A DNA stretch of 64,000 bases from an uncultured delta proteobacterium (GTDB lineage Bacteria; Desulfobacterota; Binatia; Binatales; Binataceae). Position numbers and translations under genes: made by a program. Positions 29,710-41,729 of this stretch are shown here, in pieces. Every line of letters starts with the position of its first letter. Within the stretch, counting starts at the first letter, position 1. The notes below the pieces were generated by a model. The model saw only the letters and a list, made by a program, of their open reading frames with translations. It searched no databases and was not told the origin of the DNA. Where the stretch lies: assembly GCA_963765675.1 (NCBI GenBank), contig CAVXXK010000006.1, positions 96,001-160,000 on the forward strand, read 5' to 3'.

Positions 29710-32700
29710 TCAGGCCGCCCGCTTGCCGTCGGGGTCCGAGACGGCGCGATGTATCGCTTCGAGCAGTGTGGCCTTGCGCACCGGCTTGGTGATGTGCGCG
29801 TCGCATCCGGCTTCCTGCGTGCGATGCAGATTCTCGTCGAGGGCGGAAGCGGTCAGCGCCAGAATCGGAGTGCGCGCCTGATTGTGGTCGCGCTCCCAAT
29901 CGCGAATCGCACGCGTGGCCGTGTATCCATCGACCTCCGGCATCTGCATGTCCATCAACACCACGTCGTAAGGGCGCGAGACAAACTTGTCGATCGCGAC
30001 ACGGCCATTCTCGGCCTCGTCGAGATGGTACGGAGTGTTCTTGAGATAGGCGCGCACCAGGATCCGGTTGTCGGCGGAGTCGTCGGCCAGCATGATTCGC
30101 AGCGGGCGGTTGATGATAAGTGCAGACGGCGCGATCGGGATCACGCCGGCGATCGCCAGTTGCGAGGCAATCGGCGCGCGCGCGATCGCCGGATTGTCGT
30201 CAAAGAGAATCGCGGCGCGAAGATCGGCCATCGCCACCGGCTTGACGATCCACGAGCCCAGCGCCAGAGACCTGATCTGCGCGATTTCGTCCGACGCGAG
30301 CATCAGCGAGATGGTCCGCGCCGGCGCTCCGAGCGCGCGCATCCGCTCGGCGGTTTCGATTCCGCTAAGCGGGCGCATCCGGTTGTCAATCACGATCGCG
30401 TCGATCAGGCGGCCTTGCGCGCGCTCATGCTCGAACGCGGCGACCGCGCCGGGGCCGTTTTCTGCCATCACGCACTGCGCGCCCATCAACTCGAGCATCT
30501 CGAGCATGATCGTGCGGCGTGTTGCATTCTCGGCGGCGACCAGGACTCGCTTTCCTGCAAGGCTGCGGTCTGCGCTTCCTGCGGCGCCCGGCTGCAACTC
30601 GATCACGGCTGAGAAATGGAACACGCTGCCGTGTTCCAGCTCGCTTTCGGCCCACACGGTTGCGTTCATCAGGGCGGCCAGACGCCTGACGATCGCAAGG
30701 CCCAATCCGCTGCCTCCATAGCGCCGCGTGGTCGAGGAGTCGGCCTGGGTAAACGGCATAAAGATACTTTCGAGTTGGTCGGCTGCGATTCCCACTCCGG
30801 TATCACGCACGGCGAACAACAGCGCGCCGGGCTCGGCGCAAGAGTGGTCGGGCTCAACGCTGACCAGAATCTCGCCGCAGCGGGTGAATTTGATCGCGTT
30901 GCCGATGAGGTTGATCAGAATCTGGCGCAGGCGCAGCGAATCGCCGACGCGCGCGGTGACGGTCTCGGGCGCGATCCGCACCAGCAGCTCGAGGCCTTTT
31001 TCGTGCGCGCGGATCGCCACCGCCTCCGCGGATTTTTCGATCACCTCGCGCAGATCGAACGGCGCTTTCTCGAGCGTCATGTGGCCGCTCTCGACTTTCG
31101 CGAGATCCAGGATGTCGCTCAAAAGCGCCAGCAGCGCGTGTCCGTTGCTGACCAGGTTCTGCACGTAGTGCCGCTGCTCGGCGGTCATCTGGGTCTCGGC
31201 GAGCAGGTCGGCCATGCCCAGGATCGAGTTCATCGGGGTGCGGATCTCGTGCGACATGCTCGAAAGGAATTCGCTCTTCGCGCGCGAGGCCTGCAGCGCC
31301 GACTCGCTCGCCGCCACCAGCGCTTTCTCCGTCCGTTTGAGCGCGGTGATGTCGCGGGTGATCGACAGGCAACATTGCTTGCCGGCCAACTCGAGCACGA
31401 CTCCGGAGATAAGGCAGTTCATGACCAGGCCGTTTTGAATCCGGAAATCCGCCTCCATATCGCGCACGTAGCCATTCACCTCAATTTCCCGGGCGAAGGC
31501 CGCGCGCCTGCCCTTATCCACCCACAAGCCGGTGCGCGCGAAGCCCTTTCCGATAACGGTATCGCGCGAGATGCCGGTGTTGCGCTCGAACGCGGCGTTT
31601 ACGTCTATATAGTTGCCATCGGCCATATCGGTGATCGTGATCGAATCGAAATTCGCGTCGAACACCTTGCGCAGAGTATCTTCGCTCTGGCGCAAGCTTT
31701 CTTGCGCGGCGCGGAAATCCGAGATGTCGCGCGCGATCGTGAGAATCGCCTTGTTTCCGCCAAGCTCGATAATCACGCCCGTGACCAGATGCGGCACGAT
31801 CTGGCCGGACACCCACAGATCGGCCGGCAAATTGCGCACCTCGCCCTTGGTGCCCAGCTGATCCATGAACGAGGCGAGCTGCGCGTCGTCGGTCCAGAAA
31901 CCGAGCTCGCGTGTGAAGTGTCCGATTATCTGATCGCGCGTGAGGCCGCTGCCGCGAATGAACTCGTCGTTGACGTCGATATACTCGCCCTTGGGAAATC
32001 CGTTGATCGCTATATAGTCGCGGTTGGAATCGAAGATCGTCCGCAGCTTCGCCTCGTTCTCCGCCAGCAGCGTTTCGCTGGCGCGCAAGGCTTCGAGCTG
32101 GCGCGCCAGCTCGGCGCGCGCGGCCTCGAGGTCGCGTTCCTTCTGCTTGAGCAGCGTGATCTCGCGGGTGAAGGAGACCACGCACGGCTCGCCGTCGATC
32201 TCGGTCCGGACGCTCGAGATCAGCGCGGGGACCAGAGATCCGTCGGAGTGCCGGAATTCCGCTTCCATGTTCAGGACGGAGCCGTCAGCCTCAAGCCGAC
32301 GATCGTACTCGCGCGTCGTTTCCGGATCCGCCCAGATATTCAACTCGCTGAATGAACGGCCCAGCACCTGGCTTGGTTCGAGCCCCAGGGCTTTGTACAT
32401 CCCGTGATTGGCATAGGTGAATTTCCGCTGACGCTCGCTGTATATCGAAATCGCGTCCAGGCTCGCGTCCAGGATCGCGCGCAATCGAACTTGAGTCTGC
32501 TCCAGACTCGCACGAGCGTGGCTCATCGAGGTGATGTCGCGAATTATCGCGACTCCGCACAGACGCCCGTCGAGCTCGAGCGGCACGCCCGAAACCAGTG
32601 CGGTGATAATCCTGCCGTCGGCGAGGCGAAACTCGGCTTCAAGATCGCGAACCATGCGCCCGGCTTCCAATTTGGCGACGAAGCTTTCGCGCTGATGCGC

Positions 32701-33540
32701 GTGCACCCAGAAATCAACGTCCTTGATGGGGCGTCCGAGGATCTCCGCGCGCGGACGCCCGAATGCGGTCTCGAACGCGTGGTTGACCATCGCGAAGGTA
32801 TGATCGGTGAGGGTTCCGATGATCGCTATATCATTGAGGTTCTCGAATACGGAGCGCGTCATCGCCGCCGAAAGCTCTCCGCGGCGCTCGGCTTTCGCGC
32901 GCTCAGCGATCTCGATTCGCAGGCGCCGATCACTCTCGCTCAGAACCACCACTTGCGCCTCGAGCTCGCGGCGATAGCCGGCGATCATCATCACGATCAC
33001 TTGCGCCAGAACCACCGCGATCGAGACGCGCAGCCACAAGATGTCGGCGAAGGGCTCGCGCGTAACCAGCGCCAACAGCCCGACCGACCCGAATGCGCAA
33101 GCGCCCAGAGCGGCCTGCCATCGTCCGCTCCACGGCAGCAACGCGCCTGCGGCAACCAGGATCGCAAGGATTGTGACGATCAGCCGCCCCGGGTCGCCGG
33201 ATAAATATGCGATACCGGCGGCGGCCAAAATCTCAACCAGGCAGGTCGCGAATGCCGCAATCCGCCACTGGCGCATCCCCCATTCCACGAAGGTCAGCGC
33301 AAACAGCACGGCACCGGCACTGACTCCCGCTACGTGAAATGCGATCAGCGCTGGGGTCAGATCCCGAAGACTGAGTCCAAGCGCGAGCAGAAGCGCGGTC
33401 TCAAACGCAAACACCAAGAGGCCGGCCCCGCGTACCATTCGCGCGGGCGATCGCGCGAAGCTGAGCGCTCCGGCGCGTACGCCGCCGCGCTGCTCGCATA
33501 CCTCGTCGATCGCAGGATTCAGAGGAGAAGCCACAGTCAC
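29710..33540 (-). CDS. Membrane-bound multi-PAS hybrid histidine kinase
   Basis: About 5 TM helices, four PAS repeats, H-box SHEIRTPMN, NLIGNAIKFT, DTGVG, GGSGLGL, one degenerate and one canonical receiver (LMDMQMP...KP). Confidence 0.93.
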   Translation of the reverse strand: MTVASPLNPAIDEVCEQRGGVRAGALSFARSPARMVRGAGLLVFAFETALLLALGLSLRDLTPALIAFHVAGVSAGAVLFALTFVEWGMRQWRIAAFATCLVEILAAAGIAYLSGDPGRLIVTILAILVAAGALLPWSGRWQAALGACAFGSVGLLALVTREPFADILWLRVSIAVVLAQVIVMMIAGYRRELEAQVVVLSESDRRLRIEIAERAKAERRGELSAAMTRSVFENLNDIAIIGTLTDHTFAMVNHAFETAFGRPRAEILGRPIKDVDFWVHAHQRESFVAKLEAGRMVRDLEAEFRLADGRIITALVSGVPLELDGRLCGVAIIRDITSMSHARASLEQTQVRLRAILDASLDAISIYSERQRKFTYANHGMYKALGLEPSQVLGRSFSELNIWADPETTREYDRRLEADGSVLNMEAEFRHSDGSLVPALISSVRTEIDGEPCVVSFTREITLLKQKERDLEAARAELARQLEALRASETLLAENEAKLRTIFDSNRDYIAINGFPKGEYIDVNDEFIRGSGLTRDQIIGHFTRELGFWTDDAQLASFMDQLGTKGEVRNLPADLWVSGQIVPHLVTGVIIELGGNKAILTIARDISDFRAAQESLRQSEDTLRKVFDANFDSITITDMADGNYIDVNAAFERNTGISRDTVIGKGFARTGLWVDKGRRAAFAREIEVNGYVRDMEADFRIQNGLVMNCLISGVVLELAGKQCCLSITRDITALKRTEKALVAASESALQASRAKSEFLSSMSHEIRTPMNSILGMADLLAETQMTAEQRHYVQNLVSNGHALLALLSDILDLAKVESGHMTLEKAPFDLREVIEKSAEAVAIRAHEKGLELLVRIAPETVTARVGDSLRLRQILINLIGNAIKFTRCGEILVSVEPDHSCAEPGALLFAVRDTGVGIAADQLESIFMPFTQADSSTTRRYGGSGLGLAIVRRLAALMNATVWAESELEHGSVFHFSAVIELQPGAAGSADRSLAGKRVLVAAENATRRTIMLEMLELMGAQCVMAENGPGAVAAFEHERAQGRLIDAIVIDNRMRPLSGIETAERMRALGAPARTISLMLASDEIAQIRSLALGSWIVKPVAMADLRAAILFDDNPAIARAPIASQLAIAGVIPIAPSALIINRPLRIMLADDSADNRILVRAYLKNTPYHLDEAENGRVAIDKFVSRPYDVVLMDMQMPEVDGYTATRAIRDWERDHNQARTPILALTASALDENLHRTQEAGCDAHITKPVRKATLLEAIHRAVSDPDGKRAA

Positions 33541-33761
33541 AAAGCAAGCGCGATGCCGCCGGAAGCCGCGCCGCCAAGTGGATTACGGGCAATTGCGCGT
33601 GGCTACGGCGAGCCTCAACGGGCGGCGCTTTCGCGGCGGTCCCGAATTGAGACATCGCAAAACACGCCGGACGCGCGCAGGGCTGGAAGATGAGACCGGC
33701 GATTGCGCGGGCACGCAATCGCCGGTGTGTGAGAGATCGCTGTCAGGCGCGGATCAGGTCG

Positions 33762-35069
33762 TCACGGTGCGGCCTTCACCATCGCCTGAGTGGTAAAGAA
33801 ATCGCGTGTGACCGCGCCCATGTTGATGTACCAGCATTCGCGTTCCGGCGTATGCTGACCCGGCAGATAACACATCGTGGCTTGTCCGGATTGCACGTCG
33901 GTCGCAGCCGCGCCAACCACGAACGCGCGCTTGAACGGATAAATCGCGACGCGAGCGTCAGGCACCGGCCGATCGCGATACGTCAGCCAGTAGATATGAT
34001 TCTGCCACAGCTCTCCCTTGGCGTCGTATTCATCGACGTACGGCTCGAACCACATTTCACTGTCGATATACAGAATCGATTTCGCGTGTAGCGCCTGGCC
34101 ATTATTGGATGAGCGCGGTGCCGTCTGCACTACATACAATTGGCGCATCTCCCAGTCTTCCGGGCATGCGCTGCCACCGCCGTCGGTTTGACAGGTGATC
34201 TCGGGCGAATGCACCGCGTTGACCGACGCGAGCATCGACTTCTGTCCGAGGAATTTGTAGTTGTACTCCTCTATCTTCGCGTTGAAGCCCGAATAGTGAT
34301 CCGGATCGAAGTTGGTCGGATTGCCGCCGCTGTTGACGGCGTCGCTCATCAGGCCCTCGTTGAGACGCCGCACACGCCGCACGCCCGGATTCCAATCCCA
34401 GATGTCGTCGGCTTTCTTCGGGTTCTCATAACGATAGCGGATAAAGCCGCCGCCGCGATCATTCTCGGGCGCGAGGATTGGGTATAGGGCGAATAGCCAA
34501 TAACGATTGGTCGTCTTGAAGTCAGGATCGATCGGCAGAGGCTCTACCTCCGTGCGTCCGACCTCGTCATAACCGGCGTAGTGTCCGATCTGATAATAGT
34601 CAATTACGCTTACTGCACGGTTGCGTCCGGTGTTGACTACGTCGCAATCGTAATAGCGCAGATCGTAGTCGTCGGTCGTGATTGGACGGAACGCGTTGTT
34701 CCACATGATCTTGGTCGCGACACTCGGATCGTTCGGATCAAGAAACGGGAACGGTTGTCCGGCTACATAATTGACGACGGTTCGTCCGTCGGGCGAAAGC
34801 CGCACCTGGTCGGCGTATTTCTCGGTCGCATCGCGGTAGGGCGGCGGCCAATCGATCCGCTCCGTCGGAACGATTTTCATCGTCATTCCGTTGACGACCT
34901 TGTAGTAAACCCCGGGCGAGACCAGGTTCTTCACCTGATACGAGTTCGTATAGGTGATCATCTCACCGGGTTTGACTTGGGCATTGGCGGGGGGCGCCGC
35001 GATGACTAATCCCACTACTAACAAGAGAGCGGCCGCGCGCCACGTCCATGCGTGGACTTCCTTGAGCAT
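33762..35069 (-). CDS. DUF1329 domain exported protein
   Basis: AAGGAGG RBS, signal peptide, ATEKY, YVAGQPFP, RRVRR, YDAKGELW; paralog of 54830 and 56357. Confidence 0.8.
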   Translation of the reverse strand: MLKEVHAWTWRAAALLLVVGLVIAAPPANAQVKPGEMITYTNSYQVKNLVSPGVYYKVVNGMTMKIVPTERIDWPPPYRDATEKYADQVRLSPDGRTVVNYVAGQPFPFLDPNDPSVATKIMWNNAFRPITTDDYDLRYYDCDVVNTGRNRAVSVIDYYQIGHYAGYDEVGRTEVEPLPIDPDFKTTNRYWLFALYPILAPENDRGGGFIRYRYENPKKADDIWDWNPGVRRVRRLNEGLMSDAVNSGGNPTNFDPDHYSGFNAKIEEYNYKFLGQKSMLASVNAVHSPEITCQTDGGGSACPEDWEMRQLYVVQTAPRSSNNGQALHAKSILYIDSEMWFEPYVDEYDAKGELWQNHIYWLTYRDRPVPDARVAIYPFKRAFVVGAAATDVQSGQATMCYLPGQHTPERECWYINMGAVTRDFFTTQAMVKAAP

Positions 35070-35270
35070 GACATACCTCCTTCTACTGACTGCGTTAATC
35101 AGCCGAGACAGAAGATGCCACGGGCGAGCCGCCACGGGTCGCCTCATCAACGGGGACAGGGTACTAGGACTGCGACTGGTCGCAGCTCCTGCGGGGGCAC
35201 CATAATATTCGGACGAAGCGCGCCGCTATTTAATTCATCGCGGAGAAAAATATTTTCGCGTATACTCAGA

Positions 35271-36434
35271 TCAGCAAACAGAACGCAGCGCTTGCGTAAT
35301 ATCTTCGATCAGATCATCGCTCGACTCGAGCCCAACGGACAGCCGCACCAGCGCGTCGCCGATCCCGGCTTGCGCGCGATGCTCAGGTGACATTCCGGAG
35401 TGCGAAGTGGCGGCGGGACGGGTTATCAAGGTTTCGACTCCACCGAGGCTTGGCGCGCTGATGGGAATCGACGCGAGCGCTATAAATCTCTCGGCCGCGG
35501 CTACTCCGCCTTCGATCTCAAAGCTCAGCACGCCGCCGAACCCGTCGAACAACTCGCACGCGCGCAAATGATTCGGATGGCTCTCGAGTCCGGGATAGTT
35601 GACGCGCGCGATCTTCGGATGCTGCTCCAGGAAGCGCGCGAGTTTGAGCGCGCTCTCATTCTGGTGCCGCACACGCACGGCGAGGGTCTTGATCCCGCGG
35701 TTCAGCAGGAAGCACGCGTGCGGATCGAGCACGCCGCCGAGATGGTCCAGCTTGTGCTTGATCTCCTCGACCAGCTCCGCGCGCCCGATCACCGCGCCGG
35801 CGACGATATCGGTATGTCCGTTCAGGTATTTGGTCGCGCTGTGCAGCGAGAGATCGAAGCCGATCTCGGCCGGCCGGAAATTCATCGGACTCGCGAACGT
35901 GTTGTCGATGATCGAGATCAATCCGTTGGCGCTCGCGAACTCCACGACCGCCGCGAGATCGCTCACCCGTAGGAGCGGATTCGAAATCGACTCGACGTAG
36001 ATCGCCTTGGTATTCGGGCGAATCATCTCCCGCCACGAGGCCGGGTCGTCGCCGTCGATAAAATCGACCTCCATGCCCATCCCGGGAAAATCCTGCGTCA
36101 TCAGGTCGTGCGTGCCGCCGTAGAGGCAGTCCTGCGCGAGCAGATGACCGCGGCCGGAGAGCGTCGTCATCAGAGTCGCCGAGATCGCGGCCATCCCGCT
36201 GCCCGCGACCAGTGCTGCTTCGGCGCCCTCGAGGCTCGCGAGCTTCGCGTGCAGCGCGGTGTGATTGGGAGTGTTGGAGAGCCGGATGTAGCGAAGGTCG
36301 TGATAGTTAGTCGCGCCCGCCGACTCGAACGTCGAGGACTGGAAAATCGGCATCGTGACCGCGCCACCGATTGGCGGATCAGGCTCGCCCGCATGAATCA
36401 GCCGCGTCTCGATTCCCCTCATCAGCCTTGCCAT
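35271..36434 (-). CDS. Cys/Met metabolism PLP-dependent enzyme (cystathionine gamma-synthase/lyase family)
   Basis: PIFQSSTF, SGMAAI, LYGGT, DNTFASP, HSATKYLNGHTD, SLGGVETL, VRLSVGLE. Confidence 0.92.
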   Translation of the reverse strand: MARLMRGIETRLIHAGEPDPPIGGAVTMPIFQSSTFESAGATNYHDLRYIRLSNTPNHTALHAKLASLEGAEAALVAGSGMAAISATLMTTLSGRGHLLAQDCLYGGTHDLMTQDFPGMGMEVDFIDGDDPASWREMIRPNTKAIYVESISNPLLRVSDLAAVVEFASANGLISIIDNTFASPMNFRPAEIGFDLSLHSATKYLNGHTDIVAGAVIGRAELVEEIKHKLDHLGGVLDPHACFLLNRGIKTLAVRVRHQNESALKLARFLEQHPKIARVNYPGLESHPNHLRACELFDGFGGVLSFEIEGGVAAAERFIALASIPISAPSLGGVETLITRPAATSHSGMSPEHRAQAGIGDALVRLSVGLESSDDLIEDITQALRSVC

Positions 36435-36550
36435 TGGCGACCTCCTGCGTGCCGGATGCGATCCTTCTATCATCGAATCGCTCGCACGTCCGCATCGCCT
36501 TAAGAGGCCGCGGCTGTTCACCGGGCAGAGGGGCGTCGGTATGCTGAGCC

Positions 36551-36904
36551 ATGGGCAGCAAGATCGCGCTGGGATTGGTGAAGGATCTTTTCTTCCGCTC
36601 GAAGCTGGACGCGGTTGCGGCATTGCTCGGCGTCGAGATCGTGTACGCCTCAACGCTCGACGCCGCCGCGCGCCAGTGCTCGAGCCGTCATCCTGCGCTG
36701 GTGTTCGCCGATCTTTCGGACGCGGAGTTTCCCGCCGCGGCGACGGCCGCACGTATCCGCGCCGATGCGCCCGAGGCGCGAATTGTCGGCTTCGCGTCGC
36801 ATGTGGATTTGAAATCGCTCAAGGCCGCGCGCGAAGCGGGATTCGACCTGACCCTCTCCCGCAGCGAGTTCACCGCGCGCCTCGCGGAGCTGCTGAGCTT
36901 CTGA
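36551..36904 (+). CDS. Small receiver-like protein
   Basis: DLFFRSKL...VFADL...IVGFASHVD...AREAGFD; atypical CheY-like pattern. Confidence 0.65.
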   Translation: MGSKIALGLVKDLFFRSKLDAVAALLGVEIVYASTLDAAARQCSSRHPALVFADLSDAEFPAAATAARIRADAPEARIVGFASHVDLKSLKAAREAGFDLTLSRSEFTARLAELLSF

Positions 36905-36916
36905 TGCCAGGTCTGC

Positions 36917-37105
36917 GTCATTCCCGCGCGTGGCTGCCGCGCGAGGAATCTCGATCGGAGGGCGGATGTATGAAGCGTCGGCTCGGCGCATGGCCGCCTC
37001 GGGATTTCTCCTTTCGGTCGAAATGACGAATGAGGGTTATGCAGAAGCTATGAAGTTATGCGGTGAGCCCCCGATCGTCATTTCGAGCCATAGGCGAGAA
37101 ATCCC
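36917..37105. repeat. Divergent GTCATT(C/T)CGAGC...GAG(G/A)AATC REP cluster
   Basis: GTCATTCCCGCG...GCGAGGAATCTC; inverted pair GGGATTTCTC...TCGAAATGAC / GTCATTTCGA...GAGAAATCCC. Confidence 0.7.
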
Positions 37106-37192
37106 GGCCGAATCGACTACCGAGCGCGGAGCATCCTGCGATTTCTTACGTCCCGCTGCCGTCCCGCGGACGGGGGTGTTATAAAGATCGCG

Positions 37193-40100
37193 ATGCATCC
37201 GGTGCTCGCAGATTTCCATCCCGCGGTGCGCGAGTGGTTCTCGCGGCGCTTCGGCAGTCCCTCGCGCGCGCAGGAACTCGGATGGCCTGTAATTGGCGCC
37301 GCGAGCGCGAGCCCTCGCCACGACGTGCTCTTGTGCGCGGCCACGGGCAGCGGCAAGACGCTCGCGGCTTTCATGTGGGCGATCGACAGTCTTGTGCGCG
37401 AGGCCGAACGCGGCGCTCTTACCGACGCGGTCTCCGTCCTCTACGTCTCGCCACTCAAAGCTCTTGCTAACGATATTCGACTGAACCTCGATGAGCCGCT
37501 CGACGGCGTTCGCGAGATCGGCGCTGCCGCCGGAATCGATCTCGGCGTGATTCGCGCCGGCCTGCGCACCGGCGATACTCCGGCGAGCGAGCGCGGCGCG
37601 ATGCTCAAGCGGCCGCCGCAGATCCTTGTTACCACACCCGAGTCGCTGTTCCTGCTGCTCACCTCGCCGCGGTTTCGCGCCAAGCTCGCGTCGGTGCGAC
37701 ACGTTATTGTCGATGAGCTGCACGCGCTTGCGGGGAACAAGCGCGGAGCGCATCTCGCGGTGACGCTCGAGCGGCTGGAGCGCTTCGTGCGCGCGTCGGG
37801 TGGCGAGCGTCCTACGCGGATTGGGCTTTCGGCGACGCTCAACCCGATCGAGAAGCTCGCAGAATTTCTGGCCGGATTCGATACCGCCGCCGACGGCTCG
37901 CGCACTCCGCGTCCAGTGAAAATCGTTCGGGCCGACGATCGCGCGCGCACGATGGACTTGCAGGTTATTGCGCCGGGCCCGGAGCTCGGGCCGCTCGCGA
38001 CGCATCAGCATTGGGACGCGATGTACGATCAGATCGCCGAGTTGATTTTGGCGCATCGCACGACGCTAATCTTCACGCTCTCGCGCAGGTGGGCCGAACG
38101 CGTTGCGGTCAACTTGCAAAAACGAGTCGGCGCCGACGCCGTGATGGCGCATCACGGCAGCCTTGCGCGCAAGGAACGCATGCTGGCCGAGCAACGGCTC
38201 AAGCGCGGCGAGCTGCGCGCGATCGTCGCGACCGCGTCGCTTGAACTTGGTATCGATGTCGGCGCGGTCGAGCTGGTGTGCCAGATCGATTCGCCGAAAT
38301 CGATCTCGGCCGCGATTCAGCGCATCGGGCGCTCGGGCCATAGCCTCGGCGCGACGCCGAAGGGCAGATTTTTCGCGATGACCACCGACGATCTGCTCGA
38401 ATGCGCGGCCGCGGTGCGCGCGATTCGCAGTGGGCATCTGGATGAGGTCGTGATTCCCGGCGGATGCCTGGATATCGCGGCGCAGCAGATTATCGCGATC
38501 GCGGCCGAAGAAGACGAAATCACCGAGGCCGAGCTGCTGCGGATTCTGCGCGGCGCGTACAACCTGGGCGGCCTCGACGCAGGCGGCCTCACGCAACTGG
38601 TCGAGCAGATGGCGACGGAGCTGCCGGAGCGAATCAGCGGCGCGGCGCCAAAAATCTTTTTCGATCGCACTAATCATCGCATCCGTCCGCGGCGCGGCGC
38701 GCGTCTGGCCGCGATCATGTCGGGCGGAACGATTCCCGAGAGCGGCAACTACGACGTCGTGATCGAGTCCGAGGGGCGCAAGATCGGCGACGTCGAGGAA
38801 GACTTTGCGCAGGAATCCGCGCGCGGCGACGTGTTCTCGCTCGGCTCGATGCCGTGGCAGATTCAGCGAACGTCGCGAGGACGCCTGATGGTCGAGGCCG
38901 CGCCCGGGATGGCGCCGACGCTGCCGTTCTGGCTGACCGAGGCGGGTGGCAGGTCGTACGCGCTCTCGACCGAAATCGCGGAGCTGCGGCATGATATCGC
39001 AACGCAGATCGAACGCGGCGGCGACGCCGGTGCCGCGCGATGGCTCGCGCAAGAGTGCGCGCTCGACCGAGTCGGCGGCGGCTCAGGCGGTCGATTACGT
39101 GCGGCGCGGGTTGCAGGCGCTCGGCGCGATTCCGGATTCGAAAACGATCGTGGTCGAGCGATTTTTCGACGGGCTGGGCGGCACGCAGATCGTCATTCAT
39201 GCTCCGTTCGGAATTCGCTTCAATCGGGGGCTCGGACTCGCGCTGCGCAAGCGCCTGTGCCAATCGTTCGATTTCGAGATTCAGGCTTCGGCAATCGACG
39301 ACGGCGTATTGATCGCGCTCAATTCCCGCCACAGTTTCCCGCTGGAAGAAACGCTTACGATGCTGCCGGCGCGCAGTGCGCGCGGCGTGCTCGAGCAGGC
39401 GATGATCGCGGCGCCGATGTTCGAGGTCCGTTTCCGACACGTCGCCTCGCGCGCGCTGACGGTTATCCGCGCGGCGCGCGGCGCCAGAATTCCCGCGTGG
39501 ATTCAGCGCCTGCGCTCGCAGGAGGCGCTCGCCGCGCTCTTCCCGCAACAGCAGGCGTGCTTCGAGAATCGTCCGCCCGCGATCGAGATTCCGCAGCACT
39601 TCATCGTCGCCGAGACGATGCGCGAGTGTCTGACCGAATCGGCCGACGCCGGCCGAATGGAGCGCGTGCTCGCCGGAGTCGCCGACGGCTCCGTGCGCGC
39701 GGTCTATGTCGATTCGGTCTCGCCCTCGGTGTTTGCGCATCGCCTGCTGCTCGCGTGGGACTACTCCTTCCTTGACGGCGGCGAGCGCGCGAATCGCCGC
39801 AGCCGCACCGTCTCGATGAATCGCGGGATGGCCGAGGACGTGTTCCGCAGCGAGGATTTGTCGGAGATGCTGGCCGAGGATGCGGTGCGCGCGGTAGCAG
39901 CCGAAGTGACCGGAATGGCGCTCGGCTATCGCCCGCGAAATCGCGACGAGCTTTACGAATTGATTCGCGCCCACGGCGCGCTGAGCATCCGCGAGCTCGA
40001 GGATCGCGCAGGCGAAGGCGCTCGCGCGATGCTCGAAGAACTCGCGCGCGAAAAGCGCATCGCGCGGATTTTTCGCTCTGGCGCTGAGGCTTTTCTTACC

Positions 40101-41699
40101 TCGGAGGATACCGCGATATTCGCGGCGGCGTATCCCGGCTCGGAGATTATCGACGGACCGGAATTTGCCCCAGCCGATCCCGACGCCGCGCAACAGGAGA
40201 TCGTCCGGCGCGCGCTCAAGACCTCTGGTCCGACAACTCCCGATGAACTCGCGCTGCGGCTCGGTCTCGATGAGCAAGTGATCGCGCGCGTATTGCCCGC
40301 GCTCGAGGCGAGCGGCGCCGTGTTTCGCGGCCATTTCACGTCATCGACGGCGACGCAGTGGTGCGAGCGCTACAACCTCGAGCGAATTCATCGGATGACG
40401 CTGGCGCGTGTGCGGGCCGAGATCGAGCCGTGCGCCGATCATGAATTCGCGGCATTCCGCCTGCGATGGATGTATGTCGGCGGCGGCGAGATCTCCGCCG
40501 ACGCTACGGGAGTGACTGCCGTCCTCGAACAGCTCTCCGGCCTCGCGTATGCGCCAGGGTTCTGGGAGCGCGCGATTCTGCCCGCGCGAATTCGCGGCTA
40601 TCGTCCGGAAATGCTTGACGTCGTATGCCTTGGTGGACAGATGCGATGGGCTGCGGTCGCGCAGCCAGACGAAAGCCGCACGAGCCCGGACCTGATCACA
40701 TTTATTGCGCGGAGAGCCGCGGTGCCGGGTGGCGCCGTGCTCGCGGAGATAGACGATCCGCGCGAGCAGAACATTATCGCAGCGCTGCGCGCGGGCGGTG
40801 CTCAGTACCTCGACCAGATTTCCGAGCGCGCGAATCTCTCCGAACGGGATACGCTCGCCGCGCTGTGGCGACTGGCCGCGCGCGGCCTTGCGAGCAACGA
40901 CAGCTTCGCGCCATTGCGGATGCTCGCGGCGGATTCGTCCACTGCCGATGCGATCGAGGGCACGTCACCGCGCGGATTTACTCGGCATGACGCCGCAATT
41001 CGCGCGCGGCTCAAGTCGAGCGTCTCGGGACGCTGGAGCGTGATCGAAGCGGCGGCCGAAGTATCGCCGAGGGAATCTGAAGATGCGGACCCGGCGCGCG
41101 ACTTCGCGATGCGTCTCTTGGCGCGCAACGGAATTCTCTCGCGCGAGATGCTTGCGCTCGAGCCGTCGGCGATGAGCTGGCATGACGTATCGTTCGCGCT
41201 GCGCCGGCTCGAATACGGCGGCACGATTCGGCGCGGATGGTTCGTGCGCACGCTTTCGGCCGAGCAATACGCGCTGCCCGAGGCGGTCGAGCTGCTGCGC
41301 GAGGCGCGCGCGCTCAATCCCGCGCGCGAGAAGCCGATCGCGATCAGCGCCGCCGATCCGGCTAATCCCTACGGCGCGATGCTGCCCGGATGCGGCGTCG
41401 CTCGCGATGCGGCGAATATCGTCGTCCTGCGCGCGGGCAGGGCCGTGCTCGGGCTCGCGAGCCGCGCGCTGGTGACAATTGGCGCACTCGATGACGACGC
41501 GTTCAGCGCGGCGCTCGCGGCGCTGCTCGAAGCGCGTGCGAAGATCGTGCTCGATACCATCGACGGCGAGCCGGCGCTCGCGTCGGCGCGCGTCGGGATG
41601 CTGGCGGCGATGCGGTTTCATTCCGACGGCCGCGCGCTCGTCTTCGACGGACTGCCGGGTCCCGCTCCGGCCCGCGCCGCGCGCGCCAGACGCGGTTGA
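37193..41699 (+). CDS. lhr: Lhr-family DEAD/DEAH helicase (long form) with an apparent +1 frameshift near 39067
   Basis: ATGSGKT, SPLKAL, TTPESL, VDELH, GLSAT, HHGSL, SLELGID, QRIGRSGH; C-terminal part in ORF 38946..41699 (RRGWFV, AADPANPYG). Confidence 0.9.
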
Positions 41700-41729
41700 T
41701 CCGCGGCCCGCGCGCGCTATTCTGATCGC